A DNA stretch of 64,000 bases. It comes from Octopus sinensis. Its lineage: Eukaryota. The stretch lies in the NCBI RefSeq assembly GCF_006345805.1, contig NC_042999.1, positions 128,836,001 to 128,900,000 on the forward strand. The letters run 5' to 3'. This document shows positions 50,951 to 64,000 of the stretch, in pieces (within the stretch, counting starts at the first letter, position 1; the number at the start of each line of letters is the position of its first letter). A program made the translations under genes and the position numbers. Below the pieces are notes generated by a model. That model searched no databases, was not told where the DNA came from, and worked only from the letters and a program-made list of their open reading frames with translations.

Positions 50951-52696
50951 AGTATTTGGTTAATGCTAATCTCGATCCAAACTACAAGTTGATCTTAAAA
51001 AAAAAAACAGAATATGGTTTAAAGAATTAGACTTTGTAACAGAAAGAAAAACTGATTCTGGTTATCAAGCCATATTAAAAAAAAATGATAAATTTGGGGT
51101 TATACCTCATTAATTCTAAGGGTGAAATATTGTCCATAAATAGGAAAAACATTTAAAAATCTTAAATACCTAACTTATATTGGGCACTATTAGCTTTTGA
51201 CATTTGTATATGTTGTTGTGTATCCCTGGGTCACACCTTGACTAGACATAGCTAAAAGTGTTCCAGGATATCTAGAACTGTATCATCTAATGTGAGCTTC
51301 CTTTAAATCTTCCTTTAAAACTCTGGCGGTGTAATTTGAGAGAGATTTGACTGCTATTTCTAATAGATCAAATACCCTCTCATTGGCATATTGCTAGAAT
51401 CAGTAATTTTCTTTTCAAGCCAGGTTTTCTCTGGCTAACAGATCTTTGTATTTTGTCCAAAAGTACACAATAATAGTTGAAATATGATTTTAGGTCCTAA
51501 AGATAGATATTATTAGCCCAGGATTTCAACTTTCTCTGTTACAAAGCAGTGGAGAATATTTTGAAAGTATTTTTGAGAGACTTTATATTGCTTTTCTCCT
51601 TTTGAAAATATAATATTTAGGCACTTTCAAGTAACCACAGTTTTTTAGATTATTGTTATTGATGTTTAACCTTGGGTCAACCCTAATCTTTGGCTGTTTT
51701 AATGCCACCATCTGGCTTTTTAGTGGCTTTAGTGAAAGCCATTTTATGGTAAGCATTCAGTGCAGGTTTCCAGTCAAAGTTTAACTCATACATGCTGCTT
51801 CTTATTGCATCTTCCATAATATATTTCAACATAGTTGCAAATGAGTACGATTTGAATTAGTTCTCCAAAGGAGGCCTACAACAGTTATAATGGGAGCCAG
51901 GTCTCAAGAGTAACAGTTCATGGGACTCTCTTATTTATTAGCTGCCCCACTTTCAACTACCAATTTCTATGAGGGCTGCATCAAAAACAGAAGGAATAGT
52001 TGGCATAATCCCATATGTTTTAGTTTCTTCTTTTCTTTCTGTTGCTAGTTTCATTTGTCCTGCAAAAACCATGGGTACTATCCTTCCTCATTCAACCAAC
52101 CCATGTAGTTCTCAAATGGTGCAAAGGATTTTTCAGTGTACAACGTATTTTTTCAAAAATATAATTTGACCCTCAATATACACATTCCTCTGTCAAATAT
52201 GTTTATTTGTTCACATTATTTTGAACTAATCATGCATTATCTCATAGCATTACCATTTCAATGAGGAGATTGTTTATTTTTAGAATGACATTGTAGAGTA
52301 GGTATAAGAGGCCAGATCTTGTTCGTTTTTAATATAAAGCAGGTTGAATATTTGCACCTGATATGACTGGTTTAACTGCTAAAGGTTTAAGGATTCAAAA
52401 AATCCATGCAAATGTTTGACCAGCTTTGAAAATGTTCTTAATTTTTTTATAGACAAGTATCAATAAAACAAGGTAAGCAGTAGTTTACCTTTTTCTTACT
52501 AAGTTTTTAACTTTAAATCATCATCCTCTTTTAATTTTTCCATACATCAGTGCACCAATAATTTTATATTTGATCTCAAGTCGATCACAAAAGATTACAT
52601 GAGAACCACTAGGCTAAACCGTAACACACATGCACACATATGCTGACATACACACACAAACAAGCTCAAACACATGCACACGCACCAACACAAGTT

Positions 52697-52733
<37 letters not shown>

Positions 52734-53264
52734 ACTGTAACAGTTTAGTATACAAACTTTATTCCAGTAGTGCTGAATCTTATTCTAACCTCAACCCATG
52801 GATAATTCTGTAATTTTACCATAAATCTTAAGTTCATTCCTTTATAAAAACCATCAAGTTGTTGAATTCTTCCTGCAAAAGCTTTAGGGTACAGTAAGCT
52901 TCAGTGCATATAATTGAAAAATAGGTTCCATTGTATTACATCGTATCTTGTTTTAAATACAATTAGACCTTGTTCTATCTAGTTTACTGAGATATCATAA
53001 ACAGACCGCTTGCCAATCAGATGTTATTAACATGAGCTGAGTGGGATTGCCTAACAACAGTAATAGTATTAACAGTTTATTATTAGCTAAATTAGTGAAA
53101 TGAATGATTGAATATTAACATGAGCTGACAGGTCATGGTTTACAAGTTCACATCAGTTATTGGTATTTTTTTTTATTGTGTATCTGGATAAGGCAGTTTA
53201 GTCTGCATGCTTTCATTTTACCTAACTGCTGAGGAGTGGTTCCAATTGTATTTATGTATGTATG

Positions 53265-53298
<34 letters not shown>

Positions 53299-53419
53299 TG
53301 TATGTATGTATGTATGTATGTATGTATGTATGTATGTAGGTACGTTTATACGTATGTGTGTATGTATGTATGTACGTAGTACTTACGTACATATCTACGT
53401 ATGTACATATACATATATA

Positions 53420-53910
53420 TTGGATCATCTCATAAATAATGCGACTTTTTCAATTGCATTAACTAAAAGTCAGAGGGGGACAGGATAAACTACCTGCATC
53501 AACTTGCTATAAAAACAGATAGTAATTTTACCTTGTCTTTATTCTTAGTGCAAGTCTTGAAGAGTGTAGTTCAATTTTAACCATTATTTTTCAAAGCTAT
53601 AATAGAAGTGACAAAGGAGCATATACCACATATTTTGCTTTATGAGTTCACTAAAGGCAACAACGCAATGGAAAGTGCAAGGAATATTAATGCAGTATAT
53701 GGGGATCAGATAATAAGCATAAGCCAGTGTCAATGGTGGTTCCAGAGATTCCGAGCTGGAAACTACAGCCTAGAAGACAAGCTGCCTCCTGGAAGATCAG
53801 TAGAGATTGACAAGGATGTCCTGCAAAACCCTAGTGGAACCAAATCCCATTGTAACTGTTGAGGAACTAGCAGAGAAGCTTGGATTTGGTCATTCGACCA
53901 TTCATCGACA
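53420..53910 (+). mobile_element. Mariner 5' fragment (TIR + transposase HTH region)
   Basis: TA|TTGGATCATCTCATAAATAATGCG start, then HILLYEFTKGNNAMESARNINAVYG..QWWFQRFRAGNYSLED..GRS and TVEELAEKLGFGHSTIHRH. It is cut by (TACA)n. Confidence 0.85.
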
Positions 53911-53990
53911 TATGTATGTATGTATGTACATGCATACATACATGCATGCATGCATACATACATACATACATACATACATACATACATACA

Positions 53991-54024
<34 letters not shown>

Positions 54025-54029
54025 AACAC

Positions 54030-54650
54030 TCCTGAGGAATTCATTCCTTATCCATTTCTTATTGATTGGTTCATCATAGCTAACATTCCCATCATCCTGC
54101 CCAAGATAGTTCTAACTTTTTCCAGAGAGTAAAGGTTATATTTTATAGGTTCTTCATGTTTAGTGTCTTGGAGGAGGGCACATTTGGTCTCACCACATTT
54201 CATTTCTATGTCTTTAGAGAATTGGGTTATGAGATCCCATTGCTTTTTAATATGGTTAATACTTGGTTCACATAGCTTCAAGTCTTCAACAAAAAATAGG
54301 TGAGAGATGTTACTGGATTTATTCCTATAACTGCTATGTTTTATGATCAGGTACAATAGGGATCCCGATGAGAGAACAAAGAGCAATATTGACAAGCTAT
54401 TGCCCTGAAGAAATCTTTTTCGGTAATGCATACTGTCAGATTTGATGTGTTTATTGTCACCTCTAAAACTTAGTGAGGTGTATCAGGTTTTAGTTACGTG
54501 ATGGATGGCAGCTACTAGTGGTGGTGTAACTTTGGTTAATTGCAGTAGTTTGAAAATCTACCTATGTGGTACAATATCAAAGATTTTTGGTTGTCGAGCC
54601 ACACTATTGACAAGTCTCAGCAGTTCTCACAAGGTATTGTTTGACTTATG
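54030..54650 (-). pseudogene. R4/Dong-like non-LTR reverse transcriptase fragment
   Basis: LQGNSLSILLFVL and ISHLFFVEDLKL..DLITQFSKDIEMKCGETKCA match the QGDSLS / HLFFVDDLKL / FSxDIGMxFGxxKC pattern of RLE-type LINEs. Confidence 0.8.
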
Positions 54651-54922
54651 ATTAGAGTATAAAACACGTTAGCTAACATCATCTATGCAGTGAGACTGAA
54701 AACCTAACTATGTGGTTCTGAAGTGAAAGATAGGCTTGCACCTATGTGTGTGTGTATATATATACATATATATATGAGTAGTATAGTTTGCATGAAGTAT
54801 TGTCTGATATAAATGTTTTTAATTTTTTTAAAGCCAATTGTAAGAAATAATACAGGTTGATATGTTCTGAAGACAAGACAATCCTGTACCCAATACACTT
54901 TGAAGTGTGTGTGTGTGTGTGT

Positions 54923-54963
<41 letters not shown>

Positions 54964-55682
54964 ATGTGTGTGTGTGCGTGCATGTGTGTGTGTGCATGTG
55001 TGCGTGCGTGTGTCTGTGTGTGCACATACATGTGCACGTGCATGTGTTTGTGTGAACATATGAACAGATACTCATACATACACAAATGCACACAGTTATT
55101 TTTGCACTTGTATGTATCTGAGTACTTGTTTATACTTGCAAATCTTCCACACACTTTATGCTTGCTGACATGTGAAGTAAGAGATTCTTTACTTGAAAAT
55201 AATGCAAGGGTTAGCAACAAAAATGGCATCCAGTTGTAAAACAGTGCCTCATTTTTAAGGCATTGTTTTTTTGTATCTAATTCATGTTAATAGGAGGTAA
55301 AAAAAAAAGACATACAATGATTGAACAAACAAACTTTTATTATCATCACAACACACAAAGAGACAAAGGACAAGAACTATAACAACTGGTCACATGCAGT
55401 GCTGGAGAAGCAACTGCGCAGGTGTGTCAAAATGAATATTTAGTGGAATTCTGCTTTAAGCCACAAGATCTCATAATCCCTCATAACTTTTTCATTTGTT
55501 GGATTTTTCAGAAAATTTTTTTGAATTTGTATTATACACAGAGGAATTAATGCAATTATGCAAAAACCAAAACCAAAACATTTTGGTGCATAATTTAAGG
55601 GTTATTTCACCATTATTTTTAGCACATCTCATTTGTTTGTCAGACCGATGTATTGATGTTTTGCAGTGTCTTTCTCCCATAA

Positions 55683-55898
55683 GGCGATGAGCTGGCAGAA
55701 ATGTTAGCACGCCAGGCAAAATGCTTAGCAGAATTTCATCTGTCTTTATGTTGTGAGTTCAAATTCCACCGAGGTTGATTTTGCCTTTCATTCTTTAAGG
55801 GTTGATAAATTAAGTACCAGTTGCATATTGGGGTCGATCTAATCGACTGACACTCTCTCTAAAAATTTTGTGCCTTGTGCCTAGAGTAGAAAAGAATA
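55683..55898 (+). mobile_element. SINE family B (Nin/Deu-domain-like), full-length with TSD; other copies at about 2040, 4990, 6357, 9225, 10590, 12045, 29930, 36340, 60975 and 61650
   Basis: 14-bp TSD TCTTTCTCCCATAA (55669-55682, 55899-55912). B-box GAGTTCAAATTCC. Nin-like GCCTTTCATTCTTTAAGGGTTGATAAATTAAGTACCAG. Confidence 0.9.
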
Positions 55899-56890
55899 TC
55901 TTTCTCCCATAAACACATTTAGTGATCTATTGCTGGTATTTAAGCCAAAAATTCGGACTGCCTATATTTTAAACTGTGATTTAAAAAGAGAAATTCTCAA
56001 AATTTAAAAAAACAAATTTTTTCTTAAATTTCTAAAAATTAAAAAAAAAATTGTTTGTTCATAGTCGTGTGAATTCCTATGTGTAAAATACAAATTTGCA
56101 AAAATCAGAAATCTCTGAAATATTTAATTAAAATGAGAGTGATGGTGGATGGAAAGTAAAATATACTTACAGTTTGGCCTTCCAGTTCTCTGTATACCTG
56201 TTAAGTCTTCATCTACAATACCCAACCTGCCTCCTTGACATCTTCATATCCCTAATACTCATCAGTGTATCACTTGCTCTCTCCACACTTACCCTTTCAC
56301 CTGTTTCACTGTACTATGCTTACTGTATAACTAGAGATGGCAGTAGATCTGCCTCGCCTTCTCATCTCTCTCCTATTAATAGTATCATAATACATGAGTA
56401 ACAAGGAATAGTACAACAATCCTTCTGTACTTAATCTTCTTCTGTAACCAGCCATATTACTCTACCACTTTGTCTTCCATTAAGTCACTATGTATTCTTT
56501 TATTTGTTTCAGTCATTTGACTGCAGCCATGCTGGAGCACCATTTTTAGTTGAACAAGTTGACCCCAGGACTTATTCTTTGTAAGCCTAGTACTTATTCA
56601 GTCGGTCTATTTTGCCGAACTTCTAAGTTACAGGGACATAAACACACCCACTTTGGGTGTCAAGCAATGGTAGAGGGACAAACACAGGCACACAAACATA
56701 CACCCCACCCACACATTTATATATATACCACAGGCTTCTTTCAGTTTCCGTCTACCAAATCCACTCACGAGGCTTTGGTTGGCCTGAGGCTATAGTAGCA
56801 GACACTTGCCCAAGGTGCCACGCAGTGGGACTGAACCCGGAACCATGTGGTTGGTAAACAAGCTACTTACTACACACCCACTCCTGCACC

Positions 56891-56951
<61 letters not shown>

Positions 56952-57722
56952 ATATTGATATTGAGCATAAGCAACAAACTGATTCAAATATCACTATTAC
57001 AAAGCAAAAATGTATGTGGCTTTCGGTTGAAAATCAATGCTATCTTAGCATGCCATGTTGTTGATCTACTTGCCTTCAGATATTTATAAGTAAATCTCTG
57101 TATTTACAGAAATAGAAATGATATACAAACATGCATACATATATGCATATATACTAATACACACACACATATATATATATATATACATAAATATTCATAC
57201 ATATATATATAATATATATATATATATACTGGAGTAAGGACATAAATAAAGTATATATATATATATATACATATATATGTATGTATGTGTATATATATAT
57301 ATATGTATGTGTATATATATATGTGTGTGTTTGTGTGTATATATATATATATCATATATACATACATATACACACACATATGTATATAAGTATACACACA
57401 CACGCACATATATATACACACACATATACATACATACATATATATATATAAAGATATGTGTTTGTTTCTGTGTGTATATATATATACAGTTATATATTCA
57501 TCATCATCATCATAGTTTAAAGTTGTTTTCCATGCTGGCATGGGTTGGATGGTTTGACTGAGGTCTGGGGAGCCAGTGCCAACCACTCCGTTAGGAAGGG
57601 CATCCAGCTGTAGAAACATTGCCAGATGTGATTGGAGCCTGGTGCAGCTGCTGGCTCTCCAGACCTCATTCATATATATAAATGTATACATATGCAAACA
57701 CCCTCCCCCCCCACATAATATG

Positions 57723-57753
<31 letters not shown>

Positions 57754-57843
57754 ATGTATGTATGTATGTATGTATGTATGTATGTATGTACGTATGTATG
57801 TATGTATGTATGTATGTATGTATGTATGTATGTATATGTATGT

Positions 57844-57877
<34 letters not shown>

Positions 57878-57889
57878 CGGACGTTAAAC

Positions 57890-57925
<36 letters not shown>

Positions 57926-57937
57926 ATATATATATAT

Positions 57938-58132
57938 CAGTCGCCATGATAGATCGGTAGCCACTACACACATTTTTTTTTTCTCTCCTTGTTTTTTTCT
58001 GTGTTCCTTTCTGTGGAAGAGTGTAGGCTCGAAACGTAAAAGACTTTTTCAATCCCTGAGTGTTATACTAATACATCTGTTTGTTTTCTACACCGCCTGT
58101 CTTCGTCCTTTGTTTTTTTCGTGAATTCTCCC
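57938..58132 (+). mobile_element. Penelope-like pLTR fragment with minimal hammerhead-like motif (58007-58042)
   Basis: CTTT-CTGTGGA-A-GAGT(GTAG)GCTC-GAAA-CG-TA-AAAG, embedded between (TA)n tracts. Confidence 0.5.
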
Positions 58133-58181
58133 TATATATGCTAGCATGGAGAACGGACGTTAAACGATGATGATGATGATG

Positions 58182-58227
<46 letters not shown>

Positions 58228-58459
58228 ATACTCTTTTACTTGTTTCAGTCACTTGACTGCAGCCATCCTGGAGCACTGCCTTTAGTCAAGCAAATTGACC
58301 CCAGGACTTATTCTTAGAAGTCTAGTACTTATTCTATTGGTCTCTTTTGCCGAACTGCTAAGTTACGGGGATGTAAACACACCACCATCGGTTGTCAAGT
58401 GATGTTGGGGGGACAAACACAGACACACAAATATATACACACAAACATATACACACACA

Positions 58460-58521
<62 letters not shown>

Positions 58522-58917
58522 GACTTTTATTACTACCTCATTCCATCTAAATGTATATATCTGTCGTTACCTTTCATAAAAAGCCTTTTCTTTTTTATTT
58601 ACAATGTGCACTTTCGTTGATTTTTCTTATTTTCTCCTTACATTTCCACGTGTATTTTCTATTTTCTTTTTGTAACATATTTCTACTATATATATATATA
58701 AATCTATATATATATATATAGTAGAAATAGTGTATATATATATACACATATATACGATGGGCTTCTTTCAGTTTCCATCTATCAAATCCACTCACAAGTT
58801 CTTGGTTGGCCCGAGGCTATAGAAGACACTTGCCCAAGGTGTCACACAAGGGTACTGAACCCAGAACCCTGTGGTTGGTAAGTAAGCTACTTACCACATA
58901 GTCACTCCTGTGCCTAT

Positions 58918-59248
58918 CTAAGACCCCCTTCGGTCATGAATGACCATGGGATTGCACCTAGAAAGTTACCCTCCTAGACACAAGTCCGGGCAAGGTTGTT
59001 TATGGAAGCTAGCAGGCGCCCATGCATACCAGCCTCCCCTCTCCACGCCACCAGTGTTATCCAAGGGAAAGACAAAGGTTGATACAGCTTGGCACCTGTG
59101 ACGTCGCAACTCATTTCTACAGCTGAGTGAACTGGAGCAACGTGAAATAAAGTGCCTTGCTCGAGAACACAACACGCAGCCCGGTCCGGGATTCGAGCTC
59201 ACAACCTCACGATCGTAAGCTCGACGCTCTAACCACTGAGCCGTGCCT
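58918..59248 (-). mobile_element. SINE family C, second copy
   Basis: Colinear with 13068-13404, with intact A/B boxes (GGCTCAGTGGTTAGAGCG, GAGCTCGAATCCC). Confidence 0.85.
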
Positions 59249-61944
59249 ATAGCAAGCTACTTACCACACAGCCACCCTTGTCACTCTCTAAAAGTAATGA
59301 AATTTAGACAGACATACCATGTGCCAAGTTTCAATAATCTTACAAAATATGATTGACTCATTAAGTTATTGCTCAGTTTAGAAATGGCACTTTGATTTTC
59401 TAATAAATGCCCATATACTGTAACAAAACATACAGTATTGGAAAAAGAGACACTTAGGGTGATATAAGGAATGCTGATTGAAATGATGAACAGACAGAAA
59501 GATGGATCAATAATTGCCAAGCAATCAGATAAATCTATGCATTTTTATTTATTTGCCTGTCTTCAGAGTATGATTTTCATAATGGCTTTTTCTACAGAAC
59601 ATAAAAAAAAAATTTACATTTCAGAAAATTACCAAGAATTTTTTTCCAATTTTTACTGCTCACAGCTTTTTTTTCAGATTTTTATCTCTTAAAAACAAGA
59701 TTTTGTTAGAGTATTAATAAATTATAACCTTCAGGTCTTTTGCTGTTGATTTACTGACAGAATCTCATTTAAATAATTGGCTATCTCCAAAGATATTTAT
59801 TTTCAAAATCCCAAAAGATTCATCCTCCAAAAAGAAAGCACTTCTTTACTATATCAAATGTGTAGAAAGTTAGTTCTCTCTCTGCTGCCTCTGTCTCTGT
59901 CTGTCAGTCTGTCTGTCTGTCTCACTCTCTCTCTAATAATGCAATAACCTTGAGATACCATATCCAGACATCTTTCATACACAAGCAAACTGACCACTAA
60001 TCTTGAATCTCTAAGTGCTAAATATTGCTCACCTGCATTATTTATTTTTATTCAATGTTGATTTTCCATGCAGGGTATAATCTGATTCCATGAAGCTAAT
60101 TTACATAACCTTAATGGTAATTAACATCCAAAAATATAAATCAATTCACTTTAAACAGTTTTAATAGCCACTGGCCAACTTTATCTCATTAACCTGACTT
60201 AGTGTGTGTTCTGAGATTGAGCTGGGGGAAAGGTTAGAAATAGCTGCTAATCAATCTATGATTGGTTTCATTATTAGAAAAGTCTTTTACAAGTTTTTAC
60301 AATTTTCTTTCTGTTTTTCCTCTATTCTTGACAATAATAATCTCTGTAGCCACAACAACCATTTCTTTTTAACTGGTAGTTCTAACACTTACCTGCTGAA
60401 AAATCAAACTTTCCCATCAGTTTCTGCCTCTAATTGAAGAAAATAAAAACAACCAATAGCCTTGATAATTTTATGGCTGCTGCTAATGTTATTGATGCTT
60501 TTATTGTTGTTGTTACTATTTCTTTATTCCTTTCTTTATTCTTTACTAAAGCTTATTTTCCAATCTCATTGATTTTTCTGAACACTTAATTCCATGTGAA
60601 AGCTAGGAGCTGTGAACAAATTATATAGCATACTTAGGGCTTTTTTTAAAGCCTTCTGAAGTGGAAGTTACTGCCACTGTTGTTGTCGTTGTTGTTGTCA
60701 TCACTAATGTTGTTATTAGCAGTGTCATGTCACAATGGCCTAGACATTTGAATTCTATTGTGTCATAATATTCCTGGCAATAAGATTGTTAATTCTCCCC
60801 TAGGTTTTATGTTAGCTTGTAGAATGAAAGCAGAAGGGTAGAATGAAAGCAGAAGAGTATTTTTTTATATAATACAAGCAAATGAAAAAGATATTTTATA
60901 TTGGGAAAGACAGTATTATTGGGCAGTATTTTTGGAGATTCAAACTAGTTGATATCGTTGTTTGCTATCCATAAGATAGCAAGCTGGCAGAATTGTTAGT
61001 GTGCCATACAAAATGCTTTGCATTTCATCCATCTTCACATTCTGAGTTCAAATTCTGCCAAGGTCATCTTTGCTTTTCATCCTTTCAGGGTCAATAAAAT
61101 AAGTACCTGTTGAACACTGAGGTCAATATAATCAACTTAGCCACTCACCCTCTGAAATTGCTGGCCTTGTTGCAAAATCTAAAATTATTATTTGCTATCT
61201 TTAGCAGAAATTCTTTTTTTCAATATTTTCTTTTTTAAACTTCAAAATGTCAGATCAATATATAAATCCAAGCAAAGGATTAATATTTCAGAATCAAAAT
61301 CTAAATAGTGAGATTTTTAAATTAGTATTTTTGAAAAAATTTCTTTTTATAGTTTACAATAATGAAATGAGGGAGACAGTGATGATATTGGTGTTACAAA
61401 CCAAAGAGAGATCTTAGATAATTAGCACTTGTAGTGCATGCTACTGTTATAATTCACTTAATTATTACCTGCCTTAAAAGCAATATTTGTTAATCCATTA
61501 ACTCAAATACCTCCATTCGCAGACAAGAATTGTAAACATTGGTTTTTTCCCAATCAGCTTTATAATTTAGAGAGATGTTATTATTATCTCCTTGTAGTGT
61601 CACCTTATCTGTCACCCTTGTGGAAAATACAGAAACAATTATTGTTATTAAATGGCAAGCCAGCAGAAATTTCAATGCATTGGACAAAATGCTCAGTCAT
61701 ATTTCTTCTGGATTTTTATGTTCTGAGTTCAAATCCTTATGAGGTCAACTTTGCCTTTCATCATTTCAGGTTGATAAAATAAAGTATCAATCAAGAACTG
61801 GGGTCGATGTAATCAACTAAACCTTGAAATTACTGGCCTTGTGCCAAAAGTCAAAATAATTGTTGTTGTTGTTATTGTTATTATCATTATCATCATCATT
61901 ATCTTTATTATTTTTGTTGTTGTTGTTGTTACTATTATTATTAG

Positions 61945-62363
61945 TGCCTAGCTCTAATTATGGAGGGTACCCGTGGAAAGGCTAGACTCAGGAAGATGTA
62001 GGACAAAGTGGTGAAAAAGGATTTTTGGATGCTGGGCCTCACTGAGGAAATGTCAAGGACCAGGAGATGTGGTGATTTGCTGTACTTGATAAGATGCATC
62101 ATGCTAAGTAGAATCGCTGTCTTCCATACATATAGGTTTGTCCTTTCAGGTGCCAATGCCACATAAAAAGCATCCATGCTGGTGCTGAGTAAATGTGGTA
62201 GAACGTAAAAAGCACTCAGTATTCTTTGTTAAGTGATTAGTGTTAGGAAGAGTATCCAGCCATAGAAACCATGCCACAACAGACAGCTGGAGTCTGGTCA
62301 GCTTCATATCAAACCATCCAACTCATGCCAACATGGAAAATGGGCATCAAAACGATGATGATG
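61945..62363 (+). mobile_element. RTE LINE 3' fragment
   Basis: EGTRGKARLRKM*DKVVKKDFWMLGLTEEMSRTR is homologous to the RTE C-terminus. It ends CATGCCAACATGGAAAATGGGCATCAAAACGATGATGATG. Confidence 0.85.
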
Positions 62364-62369
62364 TTTCCT

Positions 62370-63680
62370 GTTTTGCATCCTGTGTAATCATGTCCAAAAT
62401 ATGGCCTGAGGTTCTATATGTAAAATGTCTCTTGATTGACCATAGTCTCTGTAACATATGGACTGATCCCAGTAGAATGCTCTTCTGAACTGTGTTGCTT
62501 TTGGTGTTACTTGGGATGCAGTTAGGAAACCTATATGCTCCTATCTGCATGAGCCCTTGAGCTATGATCACCAATATCATTTTAGTCCTCATCCTGTTGA
62601 TTTCAGCCATCAGCTTTTTTTGCACTTGGCTAGCTTCTTTGTGGAATTCGTTAAGATGTTTCTTTTGGATACTATTGTTATGCTGATAAGTATGTGTCTC
62701 TTATCCTTCTTGTCTTTGTTAACGATGGTGGATTTGTTGGCTTCTATCTTTCTATTAGTGTGAATGAGCATGTTCTAGAAGATGGTGATATCGCTTTTGT
62801 CAGTGACCATGTTCGACTACTAATTGTACAACTTCTTTGTTATGCCTGAAGATGTGTTCAGTGTCTACCAATTTCACAAGTCTACAAACACTGTAATTAA
62901 AGGTTTCTTTGTATCGTTCATTTATCCTGTATTGTAAGTCTGTCCTATCCTTGATGATGCATTTGTGATAAATCCTTGTTTGTGAGACTTTGGTCTCAGC
63001 AGTGGTTGTTTTCGTTTTTAGTTCTGTTGTTGTCTTGGTATTTTTACTTCTGTTTGCAATGGCTAAAGTGACTATACTTGTGTTGGCTGATTTCTGTTAA
63101 GTTTATCATTCTTTGGAGTGGTGGTCTTCCTTGATCTTTGGGACTACTCACTGTTCTTCAATGGACATTTCCTTCTAGATTTCTCACTTCTGTTGGATAC
63201 TTGCTGTCATCTGTGCTACTTTCTAATGTTTGTCTTCTTCCTGGACTCTGTCTGCTGGGTGTTGTACATCAAGGGAGTTAGCAATGATGGCTTTTGTTTG
63301 TTCATCTTCACATGTAGTTTATGTCTTGTCTGGCTTATTGAAATTACGTCCCTCCATGTTCATGTTGGTGGATCAGAGTTCTTTCTAATCTAATTCTGAA
63401 TGTACTTGCATTTCTGGTCTGTTAGTTTTTTGTTAGATGTGCTTTTCTTGTTTTCTCTTTTATATGATGTTGTAGATAGCTGTAGACATTGGTACTAATG
63501 TTGAGCCCAATGAAACAATATATAATATATATAATATCCTTATTCTTTTCCCTACACCATTTCTTCATTGTTCCTTTCATCGAGTCTTTCAGTTGTACAT
63601 AGAAGTCCCCTGTGAGGAATATCCTCAGCTGAGGGTTTCTATAGCACTTGGTGAGTAGAATTTGATCCACAAGCAAACTT
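62370..63680 (-). mobile_element. Heavily decayed R4/Dong-like (RLE) non-LTR retrotransposon, 3' portion
   Basis: Minus-strand remnants: VCRL..TEHIF (zinc-knuckle region), IEANKSTIVNKDKKDKRHILISITI (PD..D region) and VQKSILLGSVHMLQRLWS (cf. VQKIVLTGTTHVLRRA at 47460). The upstream limit is approximate. Confidence 0.7.
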
Positions 63681-64000
63681 TTTCAATCCCAGGCTACTCT
63701 CTCATTGGAAATTATAGTCTTTGTTTAACTACATAATTGATGCAATGCAATAATTTTAGTAGACTGACATATTAATGACTCATCCAACTGTAATTTTTAT
63801 ATATTTTGCTAATTTCCTTATTTGGTATGTGAAATGGAATGGTTGAATAGATAATAGAACTGAATTCCTAATTCATTGATCGACACACATCTTTCCTTGC
63901 TTGTATGGGTCTGACAAGACTTCTTGAGGCTATGGCTCCTTTTGTGACATCAGCTCTTACTACTGGGCATTTTGTTTATGAAATATATAAATAACATCAC

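Overview
Eukaryotic, AT-rich, gene-poor window (intronic or intergenic), made almost entirely of microsatellites ((TA)n, (CA)n, (TACA)n, (CAT)n, (TAA)n, (GA)n) and transposable elements. The repeat repertoire resembles an Octopus (coleoid cephalopod) genome; this is my inference from recognising repeat families, not a database result. I recognise no host protein-coding exon, and most ORFs in the track are microsatellite translations. Elements found: at least four tRNA-derived SINE families; a young 5'-truncated RTE LINE with a PHD-like finger; three R4/Dong-like (RLE) LINE relics; the 5' end of an L1/Tx1-like LINE; two full-length decayed mariners; Tigger and pogo relics; piggyBac-, hAT- and Tc1-type MITEs; and a non-autonomous Helitron. 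The most interesting feature is a very young, non-coding, GC-rich 358-bp tandem unit at 24903-25664, arranged as an inverted copy plus about 1.4 direct copies. It carries a Schistosoma-like minimal type I hammerhead ribozyme, making it a candidate retrozyme (circular-RNA retroelement). Several older fold-back relics with decayed hammerhead motifs suggest Penelope-like partner elements. All folds were done by eye, and the boundaries of old repeats are approximate.
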